NCBI GenBank assembly: GCA_051530055.1
Contig: JBMGUZ010000032.1
Coordinates: 1-30,220, forward strand
Direction of reading: 5' to 3'
Origin: Neoechinorhynchus agilis
Lineage: Eukaryota > Animalia > Acanthocephala
Length of the DNA: 30,220 bases
In this document: positions 19,921 through 30,220 of the stretch, piece by piece
How the letters are laid out: each line of letters opens with the position of its first letter
Position numbering within the stretch: position 1 is the first letter of the stretch
The notes under the pieces: model-generated
What the model saw: the letters and a program-made list of their open reading frames with translations, nothing else
Database searches by the model: none
Told to the model about the DNA's origin: nothing
Made by a program: the position numbers and the translations under genes

Positions 19921-22900
19921 TTCCTTCGAGTTGATGTCTATTCTCAATGGCGAATTGTAACACATTCGAATTTTATTGAACTGTTCATTGCGAATTTTCA
20001 AGCCTCAGCCCTTCGAGTGGATGTGTATTCTCAATAGCGAATTGTAACACATTCGAGTTTTACTGAACTCTTCGTTGCGAATTTTCAAGGCCACAGCCCA
20101 TCGAGTGGATGTCTATTCTCAATGGCGAATTGTAACACATTCGAATTTTATTGAACTGTTCATTGCGAATTTTCAATACCTCAGCCCTTCGAGTGGATGT
20201 GTATTCTCAATGGCGAATTGTAACACACTCGAGTTTTACTGAACTCTTCATTGCGAATTTTCAAGGCCACAGCCCATCGAGTGGATGTCTATTCTCAATG
20301 GAGAATTGTAACACATTCGAGTTTTACTGAACTCTTCATTGCGAATTTTCAAGGCCTCAGCCCTTCGAGTGGATGTGTATTCTCAATGGCGAATTGTAAC
20401 ACACTCGAGTTTTACTGAACTCTTCATTGCGAATTTTCAAGGCCTCAGCCGTTCGAACTGATGTGTAATCTCAATAGCGAATTGTAACACCCTCGAGTTT
20501 TGTTGAACTCTTCATTGCGAATTTTCAAGCCTCAGCCCTCCGAGTGGATGTGTATTCTCAATGGCGAATTGTAACACATTCGAATTTTATTGAACTGTTC
20601 ATTGCGAATTTTCAATACCTCAGCCCTTCGAGTGGATGTGTATTCTCAATGGCGAATTGTAACACATTCGAGTTTTACTGAACTCTTCATTGCGAATTTT
20701 CAAGGCCACAGCCCATCGAGTGGATGTGTATTCTCAATAGCGAATTGTAACACACTCGAGTTTTATTGAACTCTTCATTGCGAATTTTCAAGGCCTCAGC
20801 CCTTCGAGTGGATGTGTCTCAATAACGGAGTGTAACACACTCGAGTTTTATTGAACTCTTCATTGCGAATTTTCAGACCTCAACCCAATTGGATGTCTAT
20901 TCTCAATGAATTGTAACACACTCGAGTTTTATGACTCTTCATTGCGAATTTTCAAGGCCACAGCCCTTCGAGTGGATGTGTATTCTCAATAGCGAATTGT
21001 AACACCCTCGAGTTTTATTGAACTCTTCATTGCGAATTTTCAAGGCCACAGCCCTTCGAGTGGATGTGTATTCTAAATAGCGAATTGTAACACCCTCGAG
21101 TTTTATTGAACTCTTCATTGCGAATTTTCAAGGCCCTCCAACCTCGAGTGGTGCTATTATTCTCAATAGCGAATTGTAACACACTCGAGTTTTACTGAAC
21201 TCTTCATTGCGAATTTTCAAGGCCACAGCCCATCGAGTGGATGTCTATTCTCAATGGCGAATTGTAACACATTCGAGTTTTACTGAACTCTTCATTGCTA
21301 ATTTTCAAGGCCTCAGCCCTTCGAGTGGATGTGTATTCTCAATGGCGAATTGTAACACACTCGAGTTTTACTGAACTCTTCATTGCGAATTTTCAAGGCC
21401 ACAGCCCATCGAGTGGATGTGTATTCTCAATAGCGAATTGTAACACATTCGAGTTTTACTGAACTCTTCGTTGCGAATTTTCAAGGCCACAGCCCATCGA
21501 GTGGATGTGTATTCTCAATAGCGAATTGTAACACATTCGAGTTTTACTGAACTCTTCGTTGCGAATTTTCAAGGCCACAGCCCATCAAGTAGATGTGTAT
21601 TCTCAATGGCGAATTGTAACACCCTCGAGTTTTATTGAACTCTTTATTGCGAATTTTCAAGCCTCAGCCCTCCTTGTGGATGTGTATTCTCAATAGCGAA
21701 TTGTAACACACTCGAGTTTTACTGAACTCTTCATTGCGAATTTTCAAGGCCACAGCCCATCGAGTGGATGTCTATTCTCAATGGCGAATTGTAACACATT
21801 CGAGTTTTACTGAACTCTTCATTGCTAATTTTCAAGGCCTCAGCCCTTCGAGTGGATGTGTATTCTCACAACGTTGCAACACATACTCACGAGGATTTAC
21901 TGAACTTCTTGCCGGTAGAATTTTCAGAATGCACAGCCCATCGAGTGGATGTCTATTCTCGGCGAATTGTAACACATTAGAGTTTTATTGAACTGTTCAT
22001 TGCAAATTTTAGCCTCAACCCTTCGAGTGGATGTGTATTCTCAATAATAGCGAATTGTAACACATTCGAGTTTTGCTGAACTCGGTGCGAATTTTCAAGG
22101 CCACAGCCATTCGAGTGGTGTCTATTCTCAATGGTGTAACCCATTCGAATTTTATTGAACTGTTCATTACGCGTTTTCAATACCTCAGCCCTTCAGCAGT
22201 GAGTGTATTCTCAATTGCGAATTGTAACACACTCGAGTTTTACTGAACTCTTCATTGGGAATTTTCAAGGCCACAGCCCATCGAGTGGATGTCTATTCTC
22301 AATGGCGAATTGTTACACATTCGAATTTTATTGAACTTTTCATTGCGAATTTTCAAGCCTCAGCCCTTCGAGTGGATGTGTATTCTCAATAGCGAATTGT
22401 AACACACTCGAATTTTATTGAACTCTTCATTGCGAATTTTCAAGGCCACAGCCCATCGAGTGGATGTCTATTCTCAATGGCGAATTGTAACACATTCGAA
22501 TTTCATTGAACTGTTCATTGCGAATTTTCAATACCTCAGCCCTTCGAGTGGATGTGTATTCTCAATGGCGAATTGTAACACACTCGAGTTTTATTGAACT
22601 CTTCATTGCGAATTTTCAAGGCCACAGCCCTTCGAGTGGATGTGTATTCTCAATGGCGAATTGCAACACACTCGAGTTTTACTGAACTATTCATTGCGAA
22701 TTTTCTAGGCCTCAGCCCTTCGAGTGGATGTGTATTCTCAATGGCGAATTGTAACACATTCGAATTTTATTGAACTCTTCATTGCGAATTTTCAAGGCCA
22801 CAGCCCATCGAGTGGATGTCTATTCTCAATGGCGAATTGTAACACATTCGAATTTTATTGAACTGTTCATTGCGAATTTTCAATACCTCAGCCCTTCGAG

Positions 22901-24030
22901 TGGATGTGTATTCTCAATAGCGAATTGTAACACACTCGAGTTTTACTGAACTCTTCATTGGGAATTTTTAAGGCCACAGCCCATCGAGTGGATGTCTATT
23001 CTCAATGGCGAATTGTTACACATTCGAATTTTATTGAACTTTTCATTGCGAATTTTCAAGCCTCAGCCCTTCGAGTGGATGTCTATTCTCAATGGCGAAT
23101 TGTAACACATTCGAATTTTATTGAACTGTTCATTGCGAATTTTCAATACCTCAGCCCTTCGAGTGGATGTGTATTCTCAATAGCGAATTGTAACACACTC
23201 GAGTTTTACTGAACTCTTCATTGGGAATTTTGAAGGCCACCATCGAGTGGATGTCTATTCTCAATGGCGAATTGTAACACACTCGAGTTTTACTGAACTC
23301 TTCATTGCGAATTTTCAAGCCTCAGCCCTTCGAGTGGATGTGTATTCTCAATGGCGAATTGTAACACATTCGAATTTTATTGAACTCTTCATTGCGAATT
23401 TTCTAGGCCTCAGCCCTTCGAGTGGATGTGTATTCTCAATAGCGAATTGTAACACACTCGAGTTTTATTGAACTCTTCATTGCGAATTTTCAAGCCTCAA
23501 CCCTTCGAGTGGATGTGTATTCTCAATAGCGAATTGTAACACACTCGAATTTTATTGAACTCTTCGTTGCGAATTTTCAATACCTCAGCTCTTCGAGTGA
23601 ATGTGTATTCTCAATGGCGAAGTGTAACACACTCGAGTTTTATTGAACTCTTCATTGCGAATTTTGTAGGCCTCAGCCCTTCGAGTGGATGTGTATTCTC
23701 AATAGCGAATTGTAACACCCTCGAGTTTTATTGAACTCTTCATTGCGAATTTTCAAGCCTCAGCCCTCCGAGTGGACTTGTATTCTCAATAGCGAATTGT
23801 AACACACTCGAGTTTTACTGAACTCTTCATTGCGAATTTTCAAGGCATCAGCCCTTCGAGTGGATGTGTATTATCAATGGGGAATTGTAACACACTCGAG
23901 TTTTATTGAACTCTTCATTGCGAATTTTCAAGGCCTCAGCCCTTCGAGTGGATGTGTATTCTCAATTGCGAATTGTAACACACTCGAGTTTTATTGAACT
24001 CTTCATTGTGAATTTTCAAGGCCTCAGCCT
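19921..24030. repeat. Tandem satellite/minisatellite, 88-bp unit (some 87 bp), about 46 copies
   Basis: Unit tcgagtggatgtgtattctcaatggcgaattgtaacacactcgagttttactgaactcttcattgcgaattttcaaggcctcagccct, with starts at 20013, 20101 and 20189. Indel-rich stretches occur near 20810-20960 and 21860-22260. Confidence 0.98.
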
Positions 24031-24161
24031 CCTTCCCAAGCGTCTAGAAATGGAGGCTACCAATCCATTTTTAGATGCTTGAGAAGGAGGCTGAGGCCTT
24101 GAAAATTCGCAAGGTTGACTTCAATAAAACTTGAGTGTGTTACAATTGGCCGTTGAGAATA
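23957..24161. repeat. Fold-back inverted repeat capping the 88-bp array (98-bp arms, 9-nt loop)
   Basis: 23957-24054 is the reverse complement of 24064-24161 with about 12 mismatches; loop ggctaccaa. Confidence 0.92.
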
Positions 24162-24274
24162 AAGAAATATGTATGAATATAAGGATTTGCTTTTTTGAGT
24201 ATTCAAGTGAATATCCCTTACACGGCTTATTATTTTAATTCGACTCACAGCCCACCGATTCATTGGTCAGGCAA

Positions 24275-24670
24275 TTTATTCCCACAGGTCCTTAAATACA
24301 ACCCAAGGAAGCAGAGCTCATCAGTGAGTTCCCTTCACTCCTTAGCGATATTTAATCAATTTTTGTTATGAGTCATCGGCGACCGTTAAGGAGAGGGGAG
24401 GGACCGAATGGCTCAGGGCATACCAAAATCAATTGGCTGTGTGCCCAAGAAATCAGCCGTGTAATAACCACTTCAAAAAACTCAAGACCGTTAATTTTAT
24501 CGTTTGTGTGTAACTTGCCGGTTAAATTTAAATCGTTGAAGTAATTATTACACTGCTGATTTCTTTGGCACTCGGCCAATCGATTTCGGTATGTCCTGAG
24601 CCATTCGGTAAATCCCGAGGAAACGGGACTCATCAGTGAGTTTCTTTTGATTATGCATCATCGGCGATTG
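24275..24670 (-). mobile_element. Two decayed copies (about 24275-24380 and 24610-24670) of the SINE-like body also found at 27500-27600
   Basis: Shared core (gg)gactcatc(a/c)gtgagtt(t/c)c plus collinear flanks, e.g. attcccacaggtccttaaatac versus attcctccggatcctcagatac, and cttagcgatattt..gtcatcggcg versus cttcagcggtattt..gtcattggtg. Confidence 0.55.
24403..24609. repeat. MITE-like inverted repeat (arms about 65-74 bp)
   Basis: accgaatggctcagggcataccaaaatc...gtgtaataa (24403-24467) matches the reverse complement of 24545-24609 with about 7-8 mismatches, and extends inward as acttcaa/ttgaagt. Confidence 0.85.
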
Positions 24671-24710
24671 TGGATTGTAAAGCCATTTAATCTTACGGAA
24701 TGTACAAAAC

Positions 24711-25087
24711 ATTGAAAGTTCTTTTATTTGCAATGCGTTTCCTTCAACGGGTTTTCAACAATACCAACGGTCCAGATGAACATATTTCTGAAAGGATTAA
24801 TTTCATTAATTCAATATTTTGTTCGTCTCGAGGCGGAGATAAGACAAAATAAGGATTTTCGTTTCCCACTCTGACCTTTGGAATTGAAAGTTCTTTTATT
24901 TGGAATGTGTTTGCTTCAGCGGATTTTCAACAGTACCAATGGTCCAGATGAACGTATTTCTAAAAAGATTAATTTTATTAATTCAATATTTCGTCCGTAT
25001 CGTCCGACTTCTTCACTTCTAAAAGGTAGGTTACAGTGGCTATAAGTCCGAAGAGACGGACGAAGTATTGAATTAATAAAATTAATC
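24711..25087. repeat. 172-bp-spaced direct duplication whose second copy ends in a fold-back hairpin
   Basis: attgaaagttcttttattt...ggtccagatgaac...attaattcaatattt at 24711 and 24883. 24967-25001 is the reverse complement of 25053-25087 with 2 mismatches. Confidence 0.8.
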
Positions 25088-27379
25088 AGTATTTTCTCAA
25101 TCACCAAACAAAATATACCCATGAACAGTTTCCTGTGAGAGTGCAATCTTTATGAATCACGAGCTTGACACCCATTGTTTATAAATACAGTAGAACGTCG
25201 TTCATCCGAGTGAATTGGGACCGAACACCATTGCGATAAAAGATTTTTTTCAGATTTTTTTTTCGTTTGAAGATTTTTGAAATTCAATCAATCTTCATTT
25301 CTCGACAATTAACACACTCACCACCTCCCGCCGAATTTCAGCTTTTGTCCTTCCTCGACCGTCGCCATCACGCTGTCAGCATTGCCTCGTTGTACTGCCA
25401 GCGAGATATTTTGTCGAAGGAATACACCTGCTCTTGAGTCTCCGGTTGCTTCCATCAATTTCTTCGAGACATCCTGGAGCAGAGAGAGTGCCGAGCTGCC
25501 GAGCGCTCCATACGTCTCTACCTCAAAGGGGACAAAATAGTGAGCCCTCGATAACTGAATATATTTCCGTATTTTCCTCCCTTCCGCTGCACTGGCGGCA
25601 CCACCGGCGATTTCGAGGGAGTAGCGGATGTTGCTGGCTGCAAGGGTATCCACACACGCGGCGTCCCAGAGAAGGCATTTGCCCTCCCGCCACGGGAAGA
25701 CCGAAATTCCATCGGGCCTACGGACGTCTAGTCGACAAAGGTGGGCGGGTTCCAGGATGTCCGGGAAGTTCGTCGTTCTCAACGCCCGAGAAATTGCGTT
25801 ATTGATTTCAGAATGGCGTGAGAACCTTCCTCCTGACCTTCTGCAGACGAGACCGTGTCGCCCGAAAGCATAACCAAAGACCCACATCGACAGCGATGGG
25901 GCGTGCATATCGGGAGACCAAGTCTTAAGGATACTGAGATCCTCGTTACCTCATCAGTAAGAAGAGTTCCCACTGATGCCAGAGGAACAGCCTCCAACCA
26001 CGCCCCAGATTCTCGTGTTGAAACTGCCAACAGTCTAGCTCGGACGACCCTATCGCGAGAACCTGAAAGTAGAGAGCTGTGAGCTCTCGCGACAAGAGGT
26101 CCGTCCCAGATCGACAGTCTGAGGCCATTCACGGGAACATGGTTAGCGCCTGTCTGCTGGCACCATTTTTCAACTGCCACCACGAAATCCCGGTCAAGAC
26201 ATAACTTTTCCTTCAAAATTTTCTTCGATGCTGGTAGGCTCCCCTCAAACGATCCAAGAAAGGCCGGCAAAGCAAGGTCGACTAGTGCCCGAATTCCCAA
26301 TCCCCCAGATGACACAGGCAAAGAAGCTTGTCGCCACGCCTCATCTGAGAGCTGGACATTTAAAATACGCTCGAGACAAGCCCTCACTTTATCGTCCAGC
26401 TTTGCCAATCCTTTTGTGTGTTTGAAAAATGTTGCTGTGCGAACCTTGTACAATAAATTGGGGATGAAGAGCGCGTTCTTCATGAGAAACAAGGCTTCAT
26501 CCGAGAGAGCGCTCATTCTTTCGCACAGCAACGAAAGTTTCGGTATGATCTGACCGATCTCATCTTCCACATTTGAATCGAAGACGCAACTGCCCAGGAG
26601 GCTGAGTTGCTCCCGAGTCACGAGTTTAAGACCTGGAGCTACGGCCTTTGACTTTGGCGGCGTCTCCAATATTCAATACAAGGAGCTCACATTTTCCAGC
26701 ATTGAGCTCAATGCCCATCTTAGAGGTCTCCCTAATCAGCGTCTCCAAATCGCGCAGTACAACGGAGGGATCACCTCCGAGCGTAACGTCATCCAAGTAC
26801 CAAGCGTTGAAGCTGGAATGGAGAGAATGCGCTATTGGATTTACTGTTAGGGAGAATGCGATTGGACCGAGGGGATCTCCTTGCTGCACTCCTATTTCGG
26901 ACCAAATGAGGTGGTCTTCGAAAAGCGAAGGAATCGCCGTCCCGTAGGCATTGAGAAAATACTGGAAGGCTTCTGGTGCGTGATCCATAATTGCGCAGAA
27001 CATGGTTTCTCTATTGAGAGAGTTAAAGGCGTTCCGAAAATCGCACTTAAGAAACGGCTCTGAGCTTCTCGTAGCAAAGTTTCGGAGCGAGTGGACAATA
27101 GCTTCCGCCCCGCAGGATGCGCAGCAGCGCAGTTGGACTGGACGAAGTTGCTGTCCGGTTTTCTCTGTATTTCGTTTGCAGAGAATTTTTCCTGCGAGTC
27201 GGCGTATCGTCGAAGATACGGCGATGGGACGGATCCCACCTTCTTTTTTTGTGAGCGCACACAATGAGGCTCCGAAAAATAGGTCCTTTGCAACGGGGTT
27301 CAGGTCTTCTCCAGTCAGGCGGTCGACTATTCGAGAAAGCGCACTTTCTGGAGAGAACTGCTTCACCAGTTGAAAAGGA

Positions 27380-27749
27380 TCATTCAATTTTAGACAATCC
27401 CTTTCTTGTCCGGCTTATTTATTTAGGCATAAAGCCAAACCAATTACATCAGAGAAGTGGTGTAACCACATAGTCTCTAATGCACGGTTAAGAGTTTGTA
27501 CATTCCTCCGGATCCTCAGATACCTCCAGGAGGCGGGACTCATCCGTGAGTTTCCTCCCTTCAGCGGTATTTCGTCCCCTTTGGCTGTGCGTCATTGGTG
27601 GTAACGGATTCGAACCACTTGACCCCTAATCGGGATCATGGGCATTAGTCCACTTGACCACCTCGACACAACTACGAAATGTCAAACCCAGCCAGTTCAT
27701 CGGCTCAGGGATAGCGCCGTGTTCAAAAATAAAAATAAAAATAAAAAAA
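27380..27749 (+). mobile_element. 370-bp retroposed insertion with A-rich tail and 12-bp target-site duplication, inside the CRE RT region
   Basis: TSD agttgaaaagga at 27368-27379 and 27750-27761; tail caaaaataaaaataaaaataaaaaaaa. Removing the insert rejoins the CRE sequence ...PQH(L)KDMMSFSTGEA. Confidence 0.88.
27595..27667 (-). mobile_element. tRNA(Leu/Ser)-derived SINE head with Pol III A and B boxes; not a functional tRNA
   Basis: The minus strand reads gtcgagg TGGTCAAGTGGactaatgc...gtGGTTCGAATCCgttaccacca. The D-arm resembles tRNA-Leu TGGCCGAGTGGTCTAAGGC and the B box is a perfect match. The acceptor stem does not pair. Confidence 0.7.
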
Positions 27750-28499
27750 AGTTGAAAAGGACATCATGTCCTTTAGTGCTGAGGCCTTAGTCCGTCAAGC
27801 CCGTGACCGCACCATTTGCAAAAGTTGAGATGGCCTTTTTTTATGTCTGAAATTTGAGTGGGCGTCCTGTCTTGTATGGGAGGAGATGGAATTTCAAAAC
27901 TTCCGCTACTGCATGGGTGCTTCGACCGGAGCATTTGTAGCGTCTCGCTGTCTCCTTTTGCGAAACTGTCGGAGGATGACAATAACCGAACAGCCCCCCG
28001 AACATCCCCGTCCGCAAGCTTCGAAGAGACACGCTCAGTCAGTGATCGTTTTGAAAAACGGCAGCGAAACTCTTCCTTCGTGCGTCCCTTACGAACCTCG
28101 CGGAGATTCCTTTCAAAATTGTTAAATATTTGTTCAAAGGAGACGAACCTTCCCTTGATTGTAGATGTCAAAGACACCCCAGAATCACCGCTGTTGCAGA
28201 GGACTAAGGGCGGGAAAGCGAAGAGCCGTGTCCATGAAGGCGCACAGTTCGTTTGCAGGTAATCGTTGAGCAATTACCCAAGCTGAACTGCAGATATCAA
28301 AGTTCTTAACATGCTGGAAAGCGGCTTAGAAAAAAATTCGGATAGAGTTACATAATTCTGCCTTTATTGTTTAAAATAATCACTTAATTTTTTTTCGTTG
28401 CGAGGTCTGATAAAAAATATATTTGGATAATTGACGTTTCGGATAATCGACGTTCCGCTGAAATTGAACACGCTACCGTCGTGGTGTATCGGTCGAATG

Positions 28500-28745
28500 G
28501 AACGGGAGGCAGCGTTCCCTTCCGTTGCAGGGGCAGACTTACGTTTTGTAGGAGGATTGCTCCTGATCTCGGATCGCCAGTGATTCGTCTCAGTCTCTTA
28601 GACAATTGATTGACCAGGTCCTTCGCCGCGGAACAAAACGAACCGAGTGTCTCGACTCCAAAAGTAGCAAAATAATGATTTCGACTCAAGTCGAAGTGTT
28701 TTGTCTTTTTGCGTTCCTCAGCGGCGGTTGCTGCCCCCTGATATA
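28500..28745 (-). mobile_element. Short 3' fragment of a third CRE-clade element (endonuclease C-terminus)
   Basis: GAATAAEERKRQKHFDLSRNHYFATFGVETLGSFCSAAKDLVNQLSKRLRRITGDPRSGAILLQNVSLPLQR, followed by a frameshifted GNAAS. Confidence 0.8.
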
Positions 28746-29506
28746 ATGGTGGCGAATTTACCGACCTAATAGAATAAGTGGCTGCTTTTTCCGGTTCTAA
28801 AAATGTGATATAAAAACTTAATTAAAAGTCGAGAATTGAATTTCAGCATAAATAAGGAACCTATTGTGTTTTTTACAGAATTTTGAATATTCACGCTTTT
28901 TATTTTGCATCCAATGAGGTGATATGACAAGAAATAGAGCACTTAAGAATGTATGTTATTCATTAGTGAATCAAAAAAGCGTTCAATGATGCTCACTGAA
29001 AATCCTTCATCGTATTTAAAAATAGCTCATAGACTTTGTTTACATCAGAGATTTATCGGATTTCATGCCACGATTCATTTTTTCAAAGAAAACACTCCTG
29101 TAGTTTAATATGCATACATAAAATCAATTTCTTATTTAAAATATTCTCACTTTCATAAAGATCTTATTCGAACGAACACCTACGCTTCTAAAGATTATTT
29201 TTATGGCCATATTGTGAATATCCTCACTTTACTTAATTAAATATTTTCAGTTCTGGATTATTTTTTAATCTTATGCCTGGCTAGCCGTTTATTTTATTAT
29301 TTTCGTTAGGCGCACATCCTACCGATCTTGGTGTTCATTCAAGTATGAGTTGAACAAATAAAACGTTGGCCCCTATATCATTCATGTCTAGCCGGAAGCA
29401 ACACTCGTTGAGCGTTTACTCACGATTTACTCACATCTACGATAAAACCATTTGCGAGCTTCTTACACTTAGAAATCTAACACTCGTTTTCTTTTTGGTC
29501 TGTTAA

Positions 29507-30128
29507 ATGGGCAGCCATCAGTGCACAGCAAGCGAACCAACTCCAAAATTGATATCAATGCTAAGTAAGACTACGCATTGTTCAGAACGGACTGTCCGAG
29601 AGAGTTATGAGAGGTTTAAAACATACGCACCCAGTGGTATAATGGACAAGGAAACTTTTATCAATAGGTTTCAGACAAAACATCCGAACGTGGACGTTAA
29701 TACAGTAGCTAATGTCGTCTTTAAATATTTCGACACTGACAGTTCAGGTGGAGTTGGATTTGCGGAATATTTCCTTCCGAATGCTTTTACAACAGCAGTC
29801 TTCATTTTCTTAGAATTTTACGGAAGCTGACTGCTGTTCTATATATCAGGTTGATCCAAAGGAAAGAGCGGAAATCCTTTTTGACATATTTGATTCCGAC
29901 GACAACAATACAGTTTCCGACAAGGAGTTGCGCATAATGATCAAAGGATTAAATGAACTTCGTGGAAACTGTTTGAGCCGGGCTGAAATCAATAGCATGA
30001 CATCCGAAATTGTTCAGCAGATGGACTGTGATGGAGACAGAAAAATCGGTGAAGAGGAATTTATCCATGCTATATTGCATTGTGAAAGACTCCGAAACCT
30101 CCTTACCTTTAATTTCAGTAATTATTAG
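29507..30128 (+). CDS. Neuronal calcium sensor / recoverin-family EF-hand protein; predicted exons 29507-29797 and 29850-30128 (189 aa)
   Basis: MG start (possible myristoylation); YAPSG at the CPxG position of inactive EF1; EF loops DTDSSGGVGFAE, DSDDNNTVSDKE and DCDGDRKIGEEE. A 52-nt GT..CTGAC..CAG intron (29798-29849) joins the two ORFs in phase 0 and restores the neurocalcin EF2-to-EF3 spacing. The donor site is weak, so the exact splice is uncertain. Confidence 0.8.
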
Positions 30129-30220
30129 TGTGCACTGAAAACGGAAACTTTAAACATTCAAATTTTGCGTTTTTGTGTGACTATTGGGCCTTCTGAAATC
30201 GTCAATGGAGGGGTTAATAG

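Larger units (their letters stand above)
25250..28330 (-). mobile_element. CRE-clade non-LTR retrotransposon (RT plus CCHC plus restriction-like endonuclease), disrupted by frameshifts and an insertion
   Basis: Collinear ORF pieces: 27773-28273 (GDVRGAVRLL..DGLRPQH), 26626-27387 (FFGASLCALTKKEGGIRPIAV..KCDFRNAFNS..QQGDPLGP..YLDD), 25779-26669 (ASLPVSSGGLGIR..GAWLEAVP..LRLG) and 25318-25908 (RHSEIN..RPDG..WDAACVDT..FVPFEVETYG..QRGNA). They are joined by single-base frameshifts. A-rich 3' end near 25245-25265. Confidence 0.92.
25188..28460. mobile_element. Possible pogo/Tigger-type TIR pair enclosing the long CRE element
   Basis: ta|cagtagaacgtcgttcatccga (25188-25209) versus the reverse complement of 28439-28460, cagcggaacgtcgattatccga: 18/22 identical. 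A TA target is present on the left only. A subterminal ggataat repeat lies at 28425-28450. Confidence 0.4.

Noticed and set aside
20810-22260. Indel-rich monomers as a distinct old subfamily
   Set aside because: Scattered short indels confined to short stretches could equally be long-read consensus errors. The same caveat applies to the single-base frameshifts in the CRE element. Reads are needed to decide.
21734-23471. ORFs inside the 88-bp array
   Set aside because: These are repeat-derived frames with no domain similarity.
19990-24020. GAAnnTTC heat-shock-element-like word in each 88-bp unit
   Set aside because: Only two inverted nGAAn units are present. A functional HSE needs at least three contiguous units.
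19921-24030. Homology between the 88-bp and 152-bp satellites (shared cttcattg, tattct)
   Set aside because: Only short AT-rich words match and there is no collinear alignment. The 88-mer lacks TTGTTTAC.
27595-27667. Functional tRNA gene
   Set aside because: The acceptor and anticodon stems do not pair, and the sequence lies inside a TSD-flanked insertion.

Overview
Eukaryotic, AT-rich, repeat-dense window, most likely from an invertebrate animal. 1-11692 is a homogeneous satellite of about 77 x 152 bp, open at the window's left edge. Just beyond it, on the minus strand, is an uninterrupted 1488-aa ORF (12066-16532). It has a FoxO-type forkhead domain, about 15 tandem 51-aa (153-bp) Q/N-rich repeats and an acidic tail. 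Main observation: the 152-bp satellite unit aligns end to end, in the same orientation, with the gene's own 153-bp coding repeat (about 67% identity by hand, one 1-bp gap). Nearly every satellite unit, and 8 of about 15 coding units, carries the FoxO consensus site TTGTTTAC. A FoxO paralog therefore sits beside an array of about 75 potential sites for itself, apparently derived from its own coding sequence; the homology is visible, the function is hypothesis. The rest of the window holds three co-oriented CRE-clade non-LTR retrotransposon remnants, an intronless TMEM208/SND2-like gene and a second satellite (88 bp, about 46 copies) ending in a fold-back. There are also further hairpins, a TSD-flanked insertion with an antisense tRNA-derived head, and a two-exon NCS/recoverin-family EF-hand gene. 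All alignments and counts were done by eye and are approximate.
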